A stretch of 64,000 bases of DNA, taken from Myxococcota bacterium. GTDB taxonomy: Bacteria; Myxococcota_A; Polyangia; Nannocystales; Nannocystaceae. The notes beneath the pieces are model-generated. The model ran no database searches. It saw nothing but the letters and a program-made list of their open reading frames with translations, and was not told the origin of the DNA. This document shows positions 10,168 through 23,041 of the stretch, in pieces (positions within the stretch are counted from its first letter, which is position 1; every line of letters starts with the position of its first letter). The stretch lies in contig JBCCHT010000028.1 of assembly GCA_039028615.1 (NCBI GenBank), forward strand, positions 124,235-188,234. The letters are read 5' to 3'. The position numbers and the translations under genes are program-made.

Positions 10168-11790
10168 TCACAGGACGGTCGGATCCCGCCATCGCAAGTT
10201 ACGTGGAGTGAAGACCTCGGTGAGGGTGAAACGCTGACGTGTACCTACCGGGGAGTTCATCGGCGCTCGATCTTCGACGGCGAGCACGAGCGGAGTCGCG
10301 AGGCCGCCCGCCACTTCGTCGGTCTCGGACGAGCCGACGAGCGTGATGCGAATGGACTGCGGGCTCATGCGGAACGCCGGCGGAGGACCGGAGTCGCCCT
10401 CGACGCCGACCCACCCCGCGTTGTTCCAGTCGGCCGTGCCGTGGAAGACGCAGTCGGGCGCCGACTGCTCGTTGCGCGCGTTGCCGAGCCACTCGTCGGC
10501 ATCGCGCAGGTTGCCCGAGGGGTTCTCGTCGATCTGTAGGTTGGCCACGCCCACCCCGACGCCTTCGGCCGGGCCCAGATCTTCGTAGCCGACGTCGGGG
10601 TTCGGATACGGTGGTGACGCGGCCGCAGCCGACAACGCCGTGTAGCCATCACAGCCGACCGCGACCTGCATGTCTTCGATCATCGGCCCCACTGCCACCG
10701 CGGCGGGTGGGCTGTCGCTGCCGGGCAGGTGCAGCTGCGCCGCCGTGCACGTGCCGGCCGAGCAGTGCGGGTAGTCGACCGCGCCCAGGCTGTCCGGGTC
10801 CTCGCCCTGACGGTGGCCGATGATGTCGTAGCGCACCAGGTAGGGCAGCGTGGGGATGGTGTAGTCGATCTCGTAACGAGACCAGCGCAGGCGCCCCAGC
10901 GGGACGATGCTGGAGTCGACGACGAGGTCGGAGGTCTCGTTCCAGTCCACCATGCCCTGGTCGTTGTCGATCAGCTCGTCGACGTCGCTATTGAAGCCGG
11001 AGATGGTGCCGTCGATGGGCAGCTGCCACTGCTGATTGTCGGCCGGCGACGGCTGCACGTCACCGGTGATCTGGAACAGCGGGCACTGCCCCTGCGTGTC
11101 TGCCCGCATTGGGTTCGTGGCCGCGATCGGGGTCCGAGCGACCACGAAGAAGCTGCCCGGCGGGAACAGCTGCTGCACCTGCGCCACGTGATCGGGGTTG
11201 GTGTTGTCGAGCAGCGGCGAGCCCTCGATGGTGATGAAGTCGTCGTCTTCATCGATGGTCTCGGCGAGCTGGAAGACGCCGAAGGAATCGACATAGGCCG
11301 GCTCGGCGAGCACGACGTCGAAGCTGTCGGCGACGCTCGTCGGGGTGGCCGAACGATCTTGGTCCCCAGCGAAGGAGCCCCCGATCGAGCTGTTCCAGTG
11401 CGCCTGCACGCCGTCGCGCAGCACCCAGTACGCTTCCTCGGTCACCGCGTCGGTGGAGGATTGCGCCGCGTCGAGGAACGCCCCCGGGTTGATGAGTCGG
11501 CCGGAGCTCTGGTCGAAGATCCGCAGCTCGCTGCACAGTCGCGCGAACCCGAGACCCGAAGACCGAACATCCTGGGCCATCGTCCACATTGCGCCCTCGA
11601 GCGCCTGCTGGATCTTGACGTTGCGCTCGTGCAAGCCGGCCGTGGATTGCTGGATGGTGGAGAAGGCGTAGACGCCGAGCACGACGATGGCCGACACGAC
11701 CATCGCCACCATCAGCTCGATGAGCGTGAAGCCGGCCTGCGCTCCGCGACGGAGGCGACGAGTGCGAGTGCGATGCTTCGGTACGCGCAT
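10168..11790 (-). CDS. type IV minor pilin, PilW-like, unusually long (540 aa)
   Basis: AQAG|FTLIELMVAMVV N-methylation motif; QDVRSSGLG and GPMIEDMQV segments typical of PilW. Confidence 0.85.
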   Translation of the reverse strand: MRVPKHRTRTRRLRRGAQAGFTLIELMVAMVVSAIVVLGVYAFSTIQQSTAGLHERNVKIQQALEGAMWTMAQDVRSSGLGFARLCSELRIFDQSSGRLINPGAFLDAAQSSTDAVTEEAYWVLRDGVQAHWNSSIGGSFAGDQDRSATPTSVADSFDVVLAEPAYVDSFGVFQLAETIDEDDDFITIEGSPLLDNTNPDHVAQVQQLFPPGSFFVVARTPIAATNPMRADTQGQCPLFQITGDVQPSPADNQQWQLPIDGTISGFNSDVDELIDNDQGMVDWNETSDLVVDSSIVPLGRLRWSRYEIDYTIPTLPYLVRYDIIGHRQGEDPDSLGAVDYPHCSAGTCTAAQLHLPGSDSPPAAVAVGPMIEDMQVAVGCDGYTALSAAAASPPYPNPDVGYEDLGPAEGVGVGVANLQIDENPSGNLRDADEWLGNARNEQSAPDCVFHGTADWNNAGWVGVEGDSGPPPAFRMSPQSIRITLVGSSETDEVAGGLATPLVLAVEDRAPMNSPVGTRQRFTLTEVFTPRNLRWRDPTVL

Positions 11791-11792
11791 GG

Positions 11793-12476
11793 TCAGGTGT
11801 CTCCGTCCAGGAGCATGGCGTCGTTGACTCGGACCGTCCGCAGAGTCACGTGCCCGATATAGGGTCGGAAGTTCGGGTCGTCCGCGTCGGCCATCTCGGG
11901 CAGCAGGTCGGTGACCCGCAGGCCGTCGGGGGGCGGATAGATCGGGTTGGTCTGATCGATCCACATCACCAGCACTTCGAGCTCGAGCCCGTTGACGCGG
12001 GAAATCTCGTTGCTGGTGTCGTTGAGGTCGACGTTGGGCGGGTTGCTCGGCGGGGCCGCGTCGTTGATGACCCAGTCGACGCTGCGGTGCACGATGAAGC
12101 TGCCCCGCACCGAGCCCACCACTTCCTCGTCGTCGGGAATGTCGGCGGGCGGGCGCCCCATGTCGGCCACGCGCTCACCGGGATCGATGGCTTGGTCGTC
12201 GTAGGGAAAGAGCGGGTTGGCGTTGCCGGCGAAGTCCTGCTGCAGCAGCTGAAGGAAGCCGAGGCTGCGCAGCTCGGCCATCGCCTCCTGAGCGATGCGC
12301 TCGCCTTCACGAATCTCTCGGGAGGCTCGCTGCGACTCGATGCTCCGGGCCTCGAGCGCGACCAAGCCGACGACGGAGATGGCGAAGATGGCCATCGCCA
12401 CCAACACCTCCATGAGGGTGAAGCCGCCTTGGTTGCGACGACGTCGCTTCGCGTTTGCGTTCGCGTTGACCATCAT
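11793..12476 (-). CDS. type IV minor pilin, PilV-like
   Basis: NQGG|FTLMEVLVAMAIFAI motif and IAQEAMAELRS segment. Confidence 0.85.
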   Translation of the reverse strand: MMVNANANAKRRRRNQGGFTLMEVLVAMAIFAISVVGLVALEARSIESQRASREIREGERIAQEAMAELRSLGFLQLLQQDFAGNANPLFPYDDQAIDPGERVADMGRPPADIPDDEEVVGSVRGSFIVHRSVDWVINDAAPPSNPPNVDLNDTSNEISRVNGLELEVLVMWIDQTNPIYPPPDGLRVTDLLPEMADADDPNFRPYIGHVTLRTVRVNDAMLLDGDT

Positions 12477-12477
12477 C

Positions 12478-13107
12478 TCACTCGACCTCCTCGAACACGC
12501 GAATGAGACCACCGGGGAAGACTTGGATCATGCTGTAGGTCGTCTGCGACGGCACGCTGCGGTCCCCGATCCACAGGGTCACGCCGGCGTTGGGCACGGC
12601 CGAGAAATCGCCGAGCGGATCTTGGAAGGTGCCGTCGGGTTCGAAGCGCAAGCGCTGCGTGTCGGCGAGGCAGTCGTCGGGAGGATCGACGGTGGCCGAC
12701 TGAGCCGGCGCCTGCACTCCGGTGCCCAAGCCGAAGATGCAGACGCGGTTCTCGGCGAGCAGCAGCGCTTCCTTCTGGTCGGTCATCGCGATGCGATGAA
12801 ACAGGTTCCACGTCTCCGTCACCGAGTCGTACGAGGTCAGCGTCAGCGACGTGGCATCGATGTCGACCCGCACCGGAGTCTGCTGATCGATCGCCAGGTT
12901 GCGTGCTTGTGTCAGTGCTCCCCGCACCCCGTCGACGAAGCGGCGCATCTGCCCCGACTGCTCGTTGCGCCGAAAGCCTTCGAACGCGATGGCGGCGATC
13001 ACCACCAGCACCACCAGGGTGACCATCAGCTCGATGAGCGAGAAACCACGCTGACCGCAGCGACTGCGGTCGGTGTGAAGTTTTTGCGTAGCCCGGTGAC
13101 GAGCCAC
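12478..13107 (-). CDS. type IV minor pilin, FimT/FimU (GspH-like)
   Basis: QRG|FSLIELMVTLVVL, ALTQARNLAI and LRFEPDG motifs. Start uncertain (13107, 13170 or 13230). Confidence 0.85.
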   Translation of the reverse strand: MARHRATQKLHTDRSRCGQRGFSLIELMVTLVVLVVIAAIAFEGFRRNEQSGQMRRFVDGVRGALTQARNLAIDQQTPVRVDIDATSLTLTSYDSVTETWNLFHRIAMTDQKEALLLAENRVCIFGLGTGVQAPAQSATVDPPDDCLADTQRLRFEPDGTFQDPLGDFSAVPNAGVTLWIGDRSVPSQTTYSMIQVFPGGLIRVFEEVE

Positions 13108-13279
13108 GCGAGACGACCGCGAGCGACCATTGGCCGAAGGTGTTGGAATCATTGGAGACCGAACAACCATGAAGGAGTGCCCGACACGAACCGTGACGGG
13201 AGATCGAATCGTAGAGGAAATGAGGTGCAACGTTCGTACCGAGCGCTAAATGCAGGCAGTGGTTGGTCTATTGACCGTT

Positions 13280-13295
13280 TGTTATCCAGCTCACA
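13280..13295. promoter_or_regulatory. CRP-type operator TGTTA-N6-TCACA
   Basis: 9/10 match to TGTGA-N6-TCACA, 42 bp upstream of a CRP/FNR gene and just downstream of a TTGACC (13271-13276) candidate -35. Confidence 0.65.
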
Positions 13296-13337
13296 GCATT
13301 GCCGCAGATCGTATTGTCGCGTACATTCCGAGCCTAG

Positions 13338-14057
13338 ATGGTTCGCGCTACCTCCCAAGACTCTGCTGCTCGCGACGAGAAACGCGCTCTTTGGTATCTG
13401 CGCAAGATTCCGCTGCTGGAAGGCGTTCCTGCCGAGAAACTTGCCGAACTCGCCACCGCCGTCGAGCTCCGAGAAATCCCCCGCCGCCAGGTGATCTATC
13501 TGCCAGGCGACCCAGGGGATCGAGTGTTCTTCATCAACGGCGGCCGCGTCAAATGCAGCAAGGTCACCCGCGACGGCAAAGAACTCACCTTGGCCTACCG
13601 CGGCGCCGGGCACATCTTCGGCGAGCTATGCGTCATGGACGGAACGCCTCGCGACGAGATGGCCGAGGCGATGAAGAACGCCATTATCACCGAGCTACCG
13701 CGCGAGATCTTCCAAGAGCTGCTGCTATCGGATGCCAAGCTCGCATTCGCGTTCGCGTGCATCGTGGGTGATCGCCGCCGCCAGATCGAGACGAAGCTCG
13801 AGCACCTGGTGTTCCGCGACGTACAGGCCAAGCTCGCATCGCTGCTGCTCGAGCTCGGCGAAGAGTACGGCGTCGAGCACGAAGACGGCCTGCAGATCGG
13901 CCTGAAGATCACCCACCAGGAGATGGCCAACCTGATCGGCTCCACCCGCGAGACGATTTCGTTGACCCTCGCTCAGTTCAAGAAGAAGAGCCTGCTCGAT
14001 CTCAACGGGCGCACGGTCATCCTCAAGGACCAGAGCGGGTTGTCGGCCCTGACCTGA
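13338..14057 (+). CDS. Crp/Fnr family transcriptional regulator
   Basis: cNMP-binding domain (FGE...PR) and HTH ITHQEMANLIGSTRETIS. Confidence 0.95.
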   Translation: MVRATSQDSAARDEKRALWYLRKIPLLEGVPAEKLAELATAVELREIPRRQVIYLPGDPGDRVFFINGGRVKCSKVTRDGKELTLAYRGAGHIFGELCVMDGTPRDEMAEAMKNAIITELPREIFQELLLSDAKLAFAFACIVGDRRRQIETKLEHLVFRDVQAKLASLLLELGEEYGVEHEDGLQIGLKITHQEMANLIGSTRETISLTLAQFKKKSLLDLNGRTVILKDQSGLSALT

Positions 14058-14106
14058 TCGCGGCCACCACCGCGGCGGCCCGGCATATCGGGTCCGCAAC
14101 GCATCG

Positions 14107-14138
14107 AGGGGATGAAGGACGTGATGCCTTCATCCCCT
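14107..14138. terminator. hairpin between the convergent crp-like gene and uvrA
   Basis: Perfect 12-bp stem AGGGGATGAAGG/CCTTCATCCCCT with an 8-nt loop; no clear U-tract. Confidence 0.5.
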
Positions 14139-14162
14139 TCGTGCGTCGGGCCGCCGACAGGA

Positions 14163-17258
<3,096 letters not shown>

Positions 17259-17272
17259 ATCCCGGCGGCGCG

Positions 17273-18211
17273 TCACGGGGTGCCCCCGCGAGCGATCGCG
17301 ATGGCCTGCTCCATGCTCGAGCAATCGGCGATGCCCTGCCCGGCAATGTCGAGCGCAGTGCCGTGATCGGGCGAGGTCCGCACGAAGGGCAGGCCCAAGG
17401 TCATGTTCACGCCGTCGGTGAAGTGCACCAGCTTGAAGGGACCGAGCCCTTGGTCGTGATACATCGCGAGCACCGCGTCGTAGCGACCCCGATAGTGCGC
17501 GGGCAAGGCCGTGTCGGCCGGCACCGGGCCAAACACCTCGGCGAACTCGCAGGCCTCGGCCAAGGCCCGCACCGCCGGCTCGATGATCGTGGAGTCCTCG
17601 TCGCCGAGCAGTCCCCGCTCGCCCGCATGGGGATTGAGCCCGGCCACGGCCAGCCGCGGTCGCGCAAAGCCGAAGCGATCGCGCAGCGCCGTCGCGAGCA
17701 GCACGCCCGCGCGAACGATGCCCTCGGTGCTGAGCACCCGCGGCACCTCCCGTAGCGGCACGTGAATGGTGACCGGAACCACGCGCATCTTGGGGCCCAC
17801 CATGAGCATGGCGACGTCGACGTTCCCGGCCCGGTGAGCGAGATACTCGGTGTGCCCCGGGAAATCGAAGCCGGCGTCGTTGCACGCTCGCTTGTCGATG
17901 GGCGCGGTGACCAGCGCACGGCCGGGCTGCTCGAGCACCAGGTCCACGCCGCGGGCCAACGCCGCGACCTGAGCCGCTCCCGGCTCGCGCTCCTGCACGG
18001 GCACGAGTCGCTCGCGAACTCGCGCCCAACCCGCCGCGGCCCACGGCTCGGGTAGACGCTCGGCCCACTGCTCCATGTGATGTGGAGTCGCAACGACGAC
18101 GTCGTTGGGTTGGAGCAGCCCCTCGGCGGCGAGCCGCAGGATGAGCTCGGGTCCGATCCCTCGCGGATCCCCTTGCGTGAGCACCAGTGCCGTATCTGCG
18201 CTTGGTTCCAT
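17273..18211 (-). CDS. pdxA: 4-hydroxythreonine-4-phosphate dehydrogenase
   Basis: GDPRGIGPE, TAPIDK, PGHTE, GLNPHAGE, MYHDQG and RTSPDHGTA motifs. Confidence 0.95.
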   Translation of the reverse strand: MEPSADTALVLTQGDPRGIGPELILRLAAEGLLQPNDVVVATPHHMEQWAERLPEPWAAAGWARVRERLVPVQEREPGAAQVAALARGVDLVLEQPGRALVTAPIDKRACNDAGFDFPGHTEYLAHRAGNVDVAMLMVGPKMRVVPVTIHVPLREVPRVLSTEGIVRAGVLLATALRDRFGFARPRLAVAGLNPHAGERGLLGDEDSTIIEPAVRALAEACEFAEVFGPVPADTALPAHYRGRYDAVLAMYHDQGLGPFKLVHFTDGVNMTLGLPFVRTSPDHGTALDIAGQGIADCSSMEQAIAIARGGTP

Positions 18212-18249
18212 GGCGTGACGGGGGCGAGCATCCTACCATTGGCCTCGTC

Positions 18250-19407
18250 GTGCGAACCGGCCCCAGCGCGCCCGCCAACGTCCGTTCCCGCGTCATCTCG
18301 TGGTGGCGCGCCGCGGCGCTCGTCTCGATGGTAGGCGCCACCGCGGGTTGGGCACCGACCGAGCCCGCCGCGCCCGCGTCGTCGCGACCCAATCGCATCA
18401 ACGTGCGCAACCAGATGCCGCCGCCGCGCGGGGCCACGCCCGCCGCCGACGCCAGCGCCATGCCCAGCATGCGGACGCCTCCGGTCGTGAGCACCGGATC
18501 ACGAAGGCCCGGTGCCAAGCCGCGACCGACCACGAAGAACCTCGTCGGGTTCAGCCGCTCGCTGTGGTCTCCGCCCGTGGTCGATCGTCGGCGTCGCCAT
18601 GCTCGGACCAAGCGCCCCTCCGACTTCGGCTCGACCCTGCGGATAGGAGAGCGCTTCCGCTTCGACGTGTCGTTCGCCGGCAACCCGGCCGGCCTCGCCG
18701 AGGCCGAGGTCGTGGCCGTCGAGCCCGATCCGCGTGGGCCCGTCCCCGCGGGTGCCCCCATGGTCCGCATCGAGGGCCACGCCCGCACCAGCGGCGTCGT
18801 GTCACTGCTGGCCACGGTGACCGACGACATGGTCACCTACGTCGACGCCACCACGGGTGCGGCCATCACCAGCCACAACGTGCTGCACTACTCGGGCATC
18901 GCCCCACGCAAGTACAAGCACCGCGACACCAAGCACGCCTACGAAGGGCGCGGCCAGGTTCGCATCGTCGACGCCAAAGACGACAAGATCAAAAAGAAGC
19001 TCGAGCGGGTGCCCAACGACACCTACGATCCGCTGTCGATCATGGCGTGGGTCCGCTCGCTTCGGCTCGAAAAGGGCGACAAGGCCAAGGCCCACGTCGT
19101 CGACGGGCTCACCCTCATGCGCGTGGAGATCGAGTCCTTCGGTCGTGACCGCCTCGATCCCATGCCGAGCATGGTGGCCGCGCTCGGCTTGGCGCCCGAC
19201 GACGTCATCCGCATCGACGGCACCATCACGCGCGTCGATGAGCACGGCGCCGCAATTCCAGGCAAGAAGGCGTTCTCGATGCGGGCGTGGTTGTCCGCCG
19301 ACGAGCGGCGGATCCCCTTGGTCATGGAGAGCGACCTGTGGGTCGGCGCGATCCGCCTGGTGCTGAGCGGCTACGACCCGCCAACCGCCCAAAACCCCTC
19401 GCCCTGA
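18250..19407 (+). CDS. DUF3108-like exported protein
   Basis: Signal-like N-terminus; GERFRFDVS, YDPLS and WLSADERRIPL...GAIRLVL segments resemble DUF3108. Start uncertain. Confidence 0.7.
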   Translation: MRTGPSAPANVRSRVISWWRAAALVSMVGATAGWAPTEPAAPASSRPNRINVRNQMPPPRGATPAADASAMPSMRTPPVVSTGSRRPGAKPRPTTKNLVGFSRSLWSPPVVDRRRRHARTKRPSDFGSTLRIGERFRFDVSFAGNPAGLAEAEVVAVEPDPRGPVPAGAPMVRIEGHARTSGVVSLLATVTDDMVTYVDATTGAAITSHNVLHYSGIAPRKYKHRDTKHAYEGRGQVRIVDAKDDKIKKKLERVPNDTYDPLSIMAWVRSLRLEKGDKAKAHVVDGLTLMRVEIESFGRDRLDPMPSMVAALGLAPDDVIRIDGTITRVDEHGAAIPGKKAFSMRAWLSADERRIPLVMESDLWVGAIRLVLSGYDPPTAQNPSP

Positions 19408-19636
19408 CAAAACCTTCCTCGAAGTCGGCCCCGCGACCGCCCTTTCCCCCGCACAGAGCCGCCCATCCGGCCTGCCCGCGAGATCGCGCCGATCGCTCGA
19501 ACAGTGCTCCCGCTCATTTTTCGGGCGAATGCCGCCGTTTTGGGCTCCTGGCCAAGAGCCGACCAGGGTACAATCCGCAGCGATCGCTGGTTGGCGCGCC
19601 CAATTCGCCACCGGCTCCCCCAGGTCGAATTTCAAG

Positions 19637-20983
19637 ATGACGGAGCGCTACCGCCCACTGTTCAAGCTCGACGCCGGAGGCATGGCCGAGGTCTATGTCG
19701 CCGAAGCCGAGTCCATGGCGGGCTTCAAGAAGAAGGTCGCCATCAAGCGAATTCTTCCCAACCTCCTCAAGGACGAGCGCTTCGTTCGCATGTTCTTGGA
19801 CGAGGCACGGCTCTCGCTCCATCTCAACCACGCCAACATCGTCAACGTCTTCGACATCGGGAAGAGCTCGTCGACGTATTTCATCGTCATGGAGTACGTC
19901 GAGGGGGTCAACCTCAAGGCGATCCTCCAAGATTTCGCCCGTCGGCGCATCTCGGTCCCCGTCCAGCTGACGGTCTGGATCCTCAACGAGATCCTCAAGG
20001 GCCTCGACTACGCCCACCGCCTCACCGACAACGACACCGGCGAGGTCCTCGGCATCGTCCACCGCGACATCTCCCCGCCCAACATCTTGGTGTCGTGGAA
20101 CGGCGAGGTGAAGCTGACCGACTTCGGTCTGGCCAAGGCCTCGACCCAGCTCGAGTCCACCGATCCCGGCGTGGTCAAGGGCAAGTTCTCGTACCTGTCC
20201 CCCGAGGCTGCGAGCGGACTCGAGGTCGATGCCCGCGCGGACATCTTCGCCGTCGGCATCCTCGCCTACGAGATGCTCACCGGGCGGCGGCTATTCCTGG
20301 GTGAGTCCGACTACCAGACGGTGCAGCTGGTGCGTGCGGCCGAGGTCCCGCCCATCTCCGAGCAGAACCCCGACGTCGCCCCCGAGCTCGAGCGAATCAT
20401 TCGCAAGTCGCTCGCTCGCGAGTCCAACGACCGCTACCAGACCGCCAACGATTTCGCCGACGACCTGCTCGCGTTCCTGTTCTCGCGCAGCCTCAAGGTC
20501 TCCGCCCGCGACGTCTCGCATGTCATCGGTGACCTGCGCAAGAAGACCAAGCCCAAGCAGGAGCCCAAGGCCAACGACTCGAACCTCATCCTCAAGCTCA
20601 TCGAGGACGAGTTCGCCGACATCCGCTCGCTCGACGACGACGAAGAAGGGCCGCCCACCGGCTCGATGCCCCTGACCTCGCTGTCGGGCTATGACCCCTC
20701 GGCCCCGCTCGCGCTCGACGACTTCGGCGCGGGCGACGTCTCCCCTGCGCCCACGAGCCCGCGGGAGTCCGAGCCGACCCCCGTGCCCGCGCCCGGCTCC
20801 GCGCCGATGCACATGGATGGCGACGAGGATGCACCCGTGCCTCGCCCCACCGCGCACTCGGGCGGCATGAAGAGCCCGGCTCCCCGCTCCGGCGGAGGCA
20901 TGGGCATGTGGGTCGTGCTGTTGCTGCTGCTCGCCGCGGGCGGCGGCGGTGCGTACTACTGGTTCGTCGTCCTCGGCAACTAG
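19637..20983 (+). CDS. Ser/Thr protein kinase with C-terminal membrane anchor
   Basis: GGMAEVY, VAIKR, HRDISPPN, DFG and YLSPE motifs; C-terminal TM helix. Confidence 0.95.
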   Translation: MTERYRPLFKLDAGGMAEVYVAEAESMAGFKKKVAIKRILPNLLKDERFVRMFLDEARLSLHLNHANIVNVFDIGKSSSTYFIVMEYVEGVNLKAILQDFARRRISVPVQLTVWILNEILKGLDYAHRLTDNDTGEVLGIVHRDISPPNILVSWNGEVKLTDFGLAKASTQLESTDPGVVKGKFSYLSPEAASGLEVDARADIFAVGILAYEMLTGRRLFLGESDYQTVQLVRAAEVPPISEQNPDVAPELERIIRKSLARESNDRYQTANDFADDLLAFLFSRSLKVSARDVSHVIGDLRKKTKPKQEPKANDSNLILKLIEDEFADIRSLDDDEEGPPTGSMPLTSLSGYDPSAPLALDDFGAGDVSPAPTSPRESEPTPVPAPGSAPMHMDGDEDAPVPRPTAHSGGMKSPAPRSGGGMGMWVVLLLLLAAGGGGAYYWFVVLGN

Positions 20984-21528
20984 GCCTCGCTCGCCGAGCC
21001 GACGACCTCTGCCACGTCGCCGGGGGCAACGGCGCCCGGCTGTACGACGCGGGCGTTGATGCCTCGCAGGCGTCGAGCGGCGTGGTCGTCGTGGTTGATC
21101 CAGCGCAGGGCGTCCTCGCCGAAGCGGGTCTTGAACTTCAGGCAGCCGGTGTGGGGCTTGGCGGTGACCTCGACCACCGCCTCCCCCACGCGAATGCGGG
21201 TGCCAGGGGGCGCCGTGGCCACGTCGAGGTCGAGGTCGACCAGCAGGTTGTCGCCCGGCATGTGCAGCGGCTGGTCGTCGACCACCAGCTCGGCCGACCG
21301 CACGTCCATCAGGGTGAGCTGGCGTTCGATGCTGGGCTTCGAGCCGTCGATCCAGCGATCGCCGACCAAGCCTTGCTCCACCGTCAGTTGACCCTTCGCC
21401 AGCACCTCGTGCTCGCCCTTGCCGAGTCGGGCGACGACCAGTCGCACCGTGCCCCGCCTTCCGGTCCGCGGCGGCAGAGCCTGCCACCCGCGCTCGAGTT
21501 CGTCGAAGCTCCTCACGCCTCGGACCAT
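20980..21528 (-). CDS. MOSC domain protein
   Basis: GLVGDRW, RQLTL, GDNL, PHTGC and RGINARVV motifs. Confidence 0.85.
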   Translation of the reverse strand: MVRGVRSFDELERGWQALPPRTGRRGTVRLVVARLGKGEHEVLAKGQLTVEQGLVGDRWIDGSKPSIERQLTLMDVRSAELVVDDQPLHMPGDNLLVDLDLDVATAPPGTRIRVGEAVVEVTAKPHTGCLKFKTRFGEDALRWINHDDHAARRLRGINARVVQPGAVAPGDVAEVVGSASEA

Positions 21529-21607
21529 AGCCGAGCCTCGCCGGCCGGTCATGCGACACCGAGATGCCTCGCCGCGGCGCGAGGGGCCGAGTAGACTCTC
21601 GCGTCTG

Positions 21608-22885
21608 ATGAAGCCTCGCCCGTGGTTCTTGGTGCTGCTGTGGCTCGGCCTGTGGCTGTGGCCGGGCATCGGTCATGGTGCTTCCGCCACCCCCGGCGCC
21701 GAGGCCTCCGCCTCCTCCCTGCGCGTCGATCTCGTGACCGTCGGCCGCGGCACGGGCCTGTTCACCCGCGGAGGCCATACCGCGCTGGCGATCACCGAGA
21801 CGCGCCCCGACGGGCGCGTCGTGGAGACCGTCTACAACTACGGCGACACCAACTTCGAAGACCCCCTGCTCGCGTGGCACTTCGTGGCGGGTGACATGGA
21901 TTTTTTCGTGTCGGTGGCCGGTGATCTGTACGACGTCGCGGAACGATACGGGCTGCTTCAGGATCGCGACGTCGTCAAGCAACGGCTGGCGCTTTCGCAG
22001 GCGCAGGCGAAGACGCTCAGCGACATGCTGGAGCTCGAGATTCAGCCGGACAATCGCACGTATCGGTTCCACCACCTCGAGCACCTGTGCAGCACCGAGA
22101 TCCGCGACCGCCTCGACACGCTCGTGGGAGGCGAGATCCAGCGGCAGCTCGCGGACACCGATCCCTGGACGGTCCGCGACATTCAGCACCACACCTTCAA
22201 CGCGCACCCCGGCGGCACCTTGATCGGCGACCTGTTCTACGGACGGCGTCACGACCTGCCTATCGATCGCTACTACGCGCTGCTCATGCCCGAGCGCATG
22301 CGCGACGACCTGCAGACGGTCATGGTGCCCGACCCCGACGGTGGGGATGGCCTGGTGCCCTTCGCGGGCGAGCCCGAGGTCCTCGCCGCCCGTGGGGCTC
22401 CGCCCTGGTCCGACGATCAGAGCTCCGAGACCTGGGTCATCGCCATCGCATTGGCCGGGGTCGGCATCGTGGGCGGGTTCGTGCTGGCGCGACGCGGCAC
22501 CGACTCCCCCCGCTCGAGCGCCGCGTGGCTCGTCGCCTGGTCGTTGCCCATCGGGCTGGGTGGGCTGGGGCTCGTGCTCCTGCCGCTCGTCTCCAGCGTG
22601 CCCGAGCTGCACGACAACGAGCTCGTCGTCAGCTGGCTCGTCACCGATCTCGCGCTGGTCCCCGTGGCGGTTCGATGGTGGCGTAAGGGTGTGACCGCAC
22701 CCGCGTGGGTGTGGCGCTATGCCCAGGTCCGGTTGGTGGTGGTGACCCTCGCCGTCGCCGCGCGAGCGGGGGGAGTGTTCATCCAGCAGCCGTGGATCCT
22801 GCCCGTCGCGAGCCTGGGATGCTCACTGGGGCTGTGGTGGTTCGTTCGAAACCTCCGCGCGACCGCCCCGGATGCTCACCCCTAG
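21608..22885 (+). CDS. DUF4105 / Lnb-like membrane protein
   Basis: Signal peptide; GHTAL, YNYG and YRFHHLEHLCSTEIRD (His and Cys present); several C-terminal TM helices. Confidence 0.75.
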   Translation: MKPRPWFLVLLWLGLWLWPGIGHGASATPGAEASASSLRVDLVTVGRGTGLFTRGGHTALAITETRPDGRVVETVYNYGDTNFEDPLLAWHFVAGDMDFFVSVAGDLYDVAERYGLLQDRDVVKQRLALSQAQAKTLSDMLELEIQPDNRTYRFHHLEHLCSTEIRDRLDTLVGGEIQRQLADTDPWTVRDIQHHTFNAHPGGTLIGDLFYGRRHDLPIDRYYALLMPERMRDDLQTVMVPDPDGGDGLVPFAGEPEVLAARGAPPWSDDQSSETWVIAIALAGVGIVGGFVLARRGTDSPRSSAAWLVAWSLPIGLGGLGLVLLPLVSSVPELHDNELVVSWLVTDLALVPVAVRWWRKGVTAPAWVWRYAQVRLVVVTLAVAARAGGVFIQQPWILPVASLGCSLGLWWFVRNLRATAPDAHP

Positions 22886-23041
22886 TCGTGGTGTTCCCCA
22901 CGAAAGCCGGCACACAACGTTGTCCGGCTGACGCTCTCGACGAGCCGTTGCCGCGATCCCGCACCGGCCGCCACGAGGCCTCACATCGAGGCCCGCAAAC
23001 GCAGATCAGTGCGCGATCATCCCCGTGCTACGGTCCGCGCC

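Noticed and set aside
13338..14057. Naming the CRP-family gene mrpC
   Set aside because: It differs substantially from M. xanthus MrpC as I recall it, and mrpAB are absent; orthology cannot be established by eye.
18211..18330. LexA/SOS box upstream of pdxA-uvrA
   Set aside because: No convincing LexA-type palindrome was seen.
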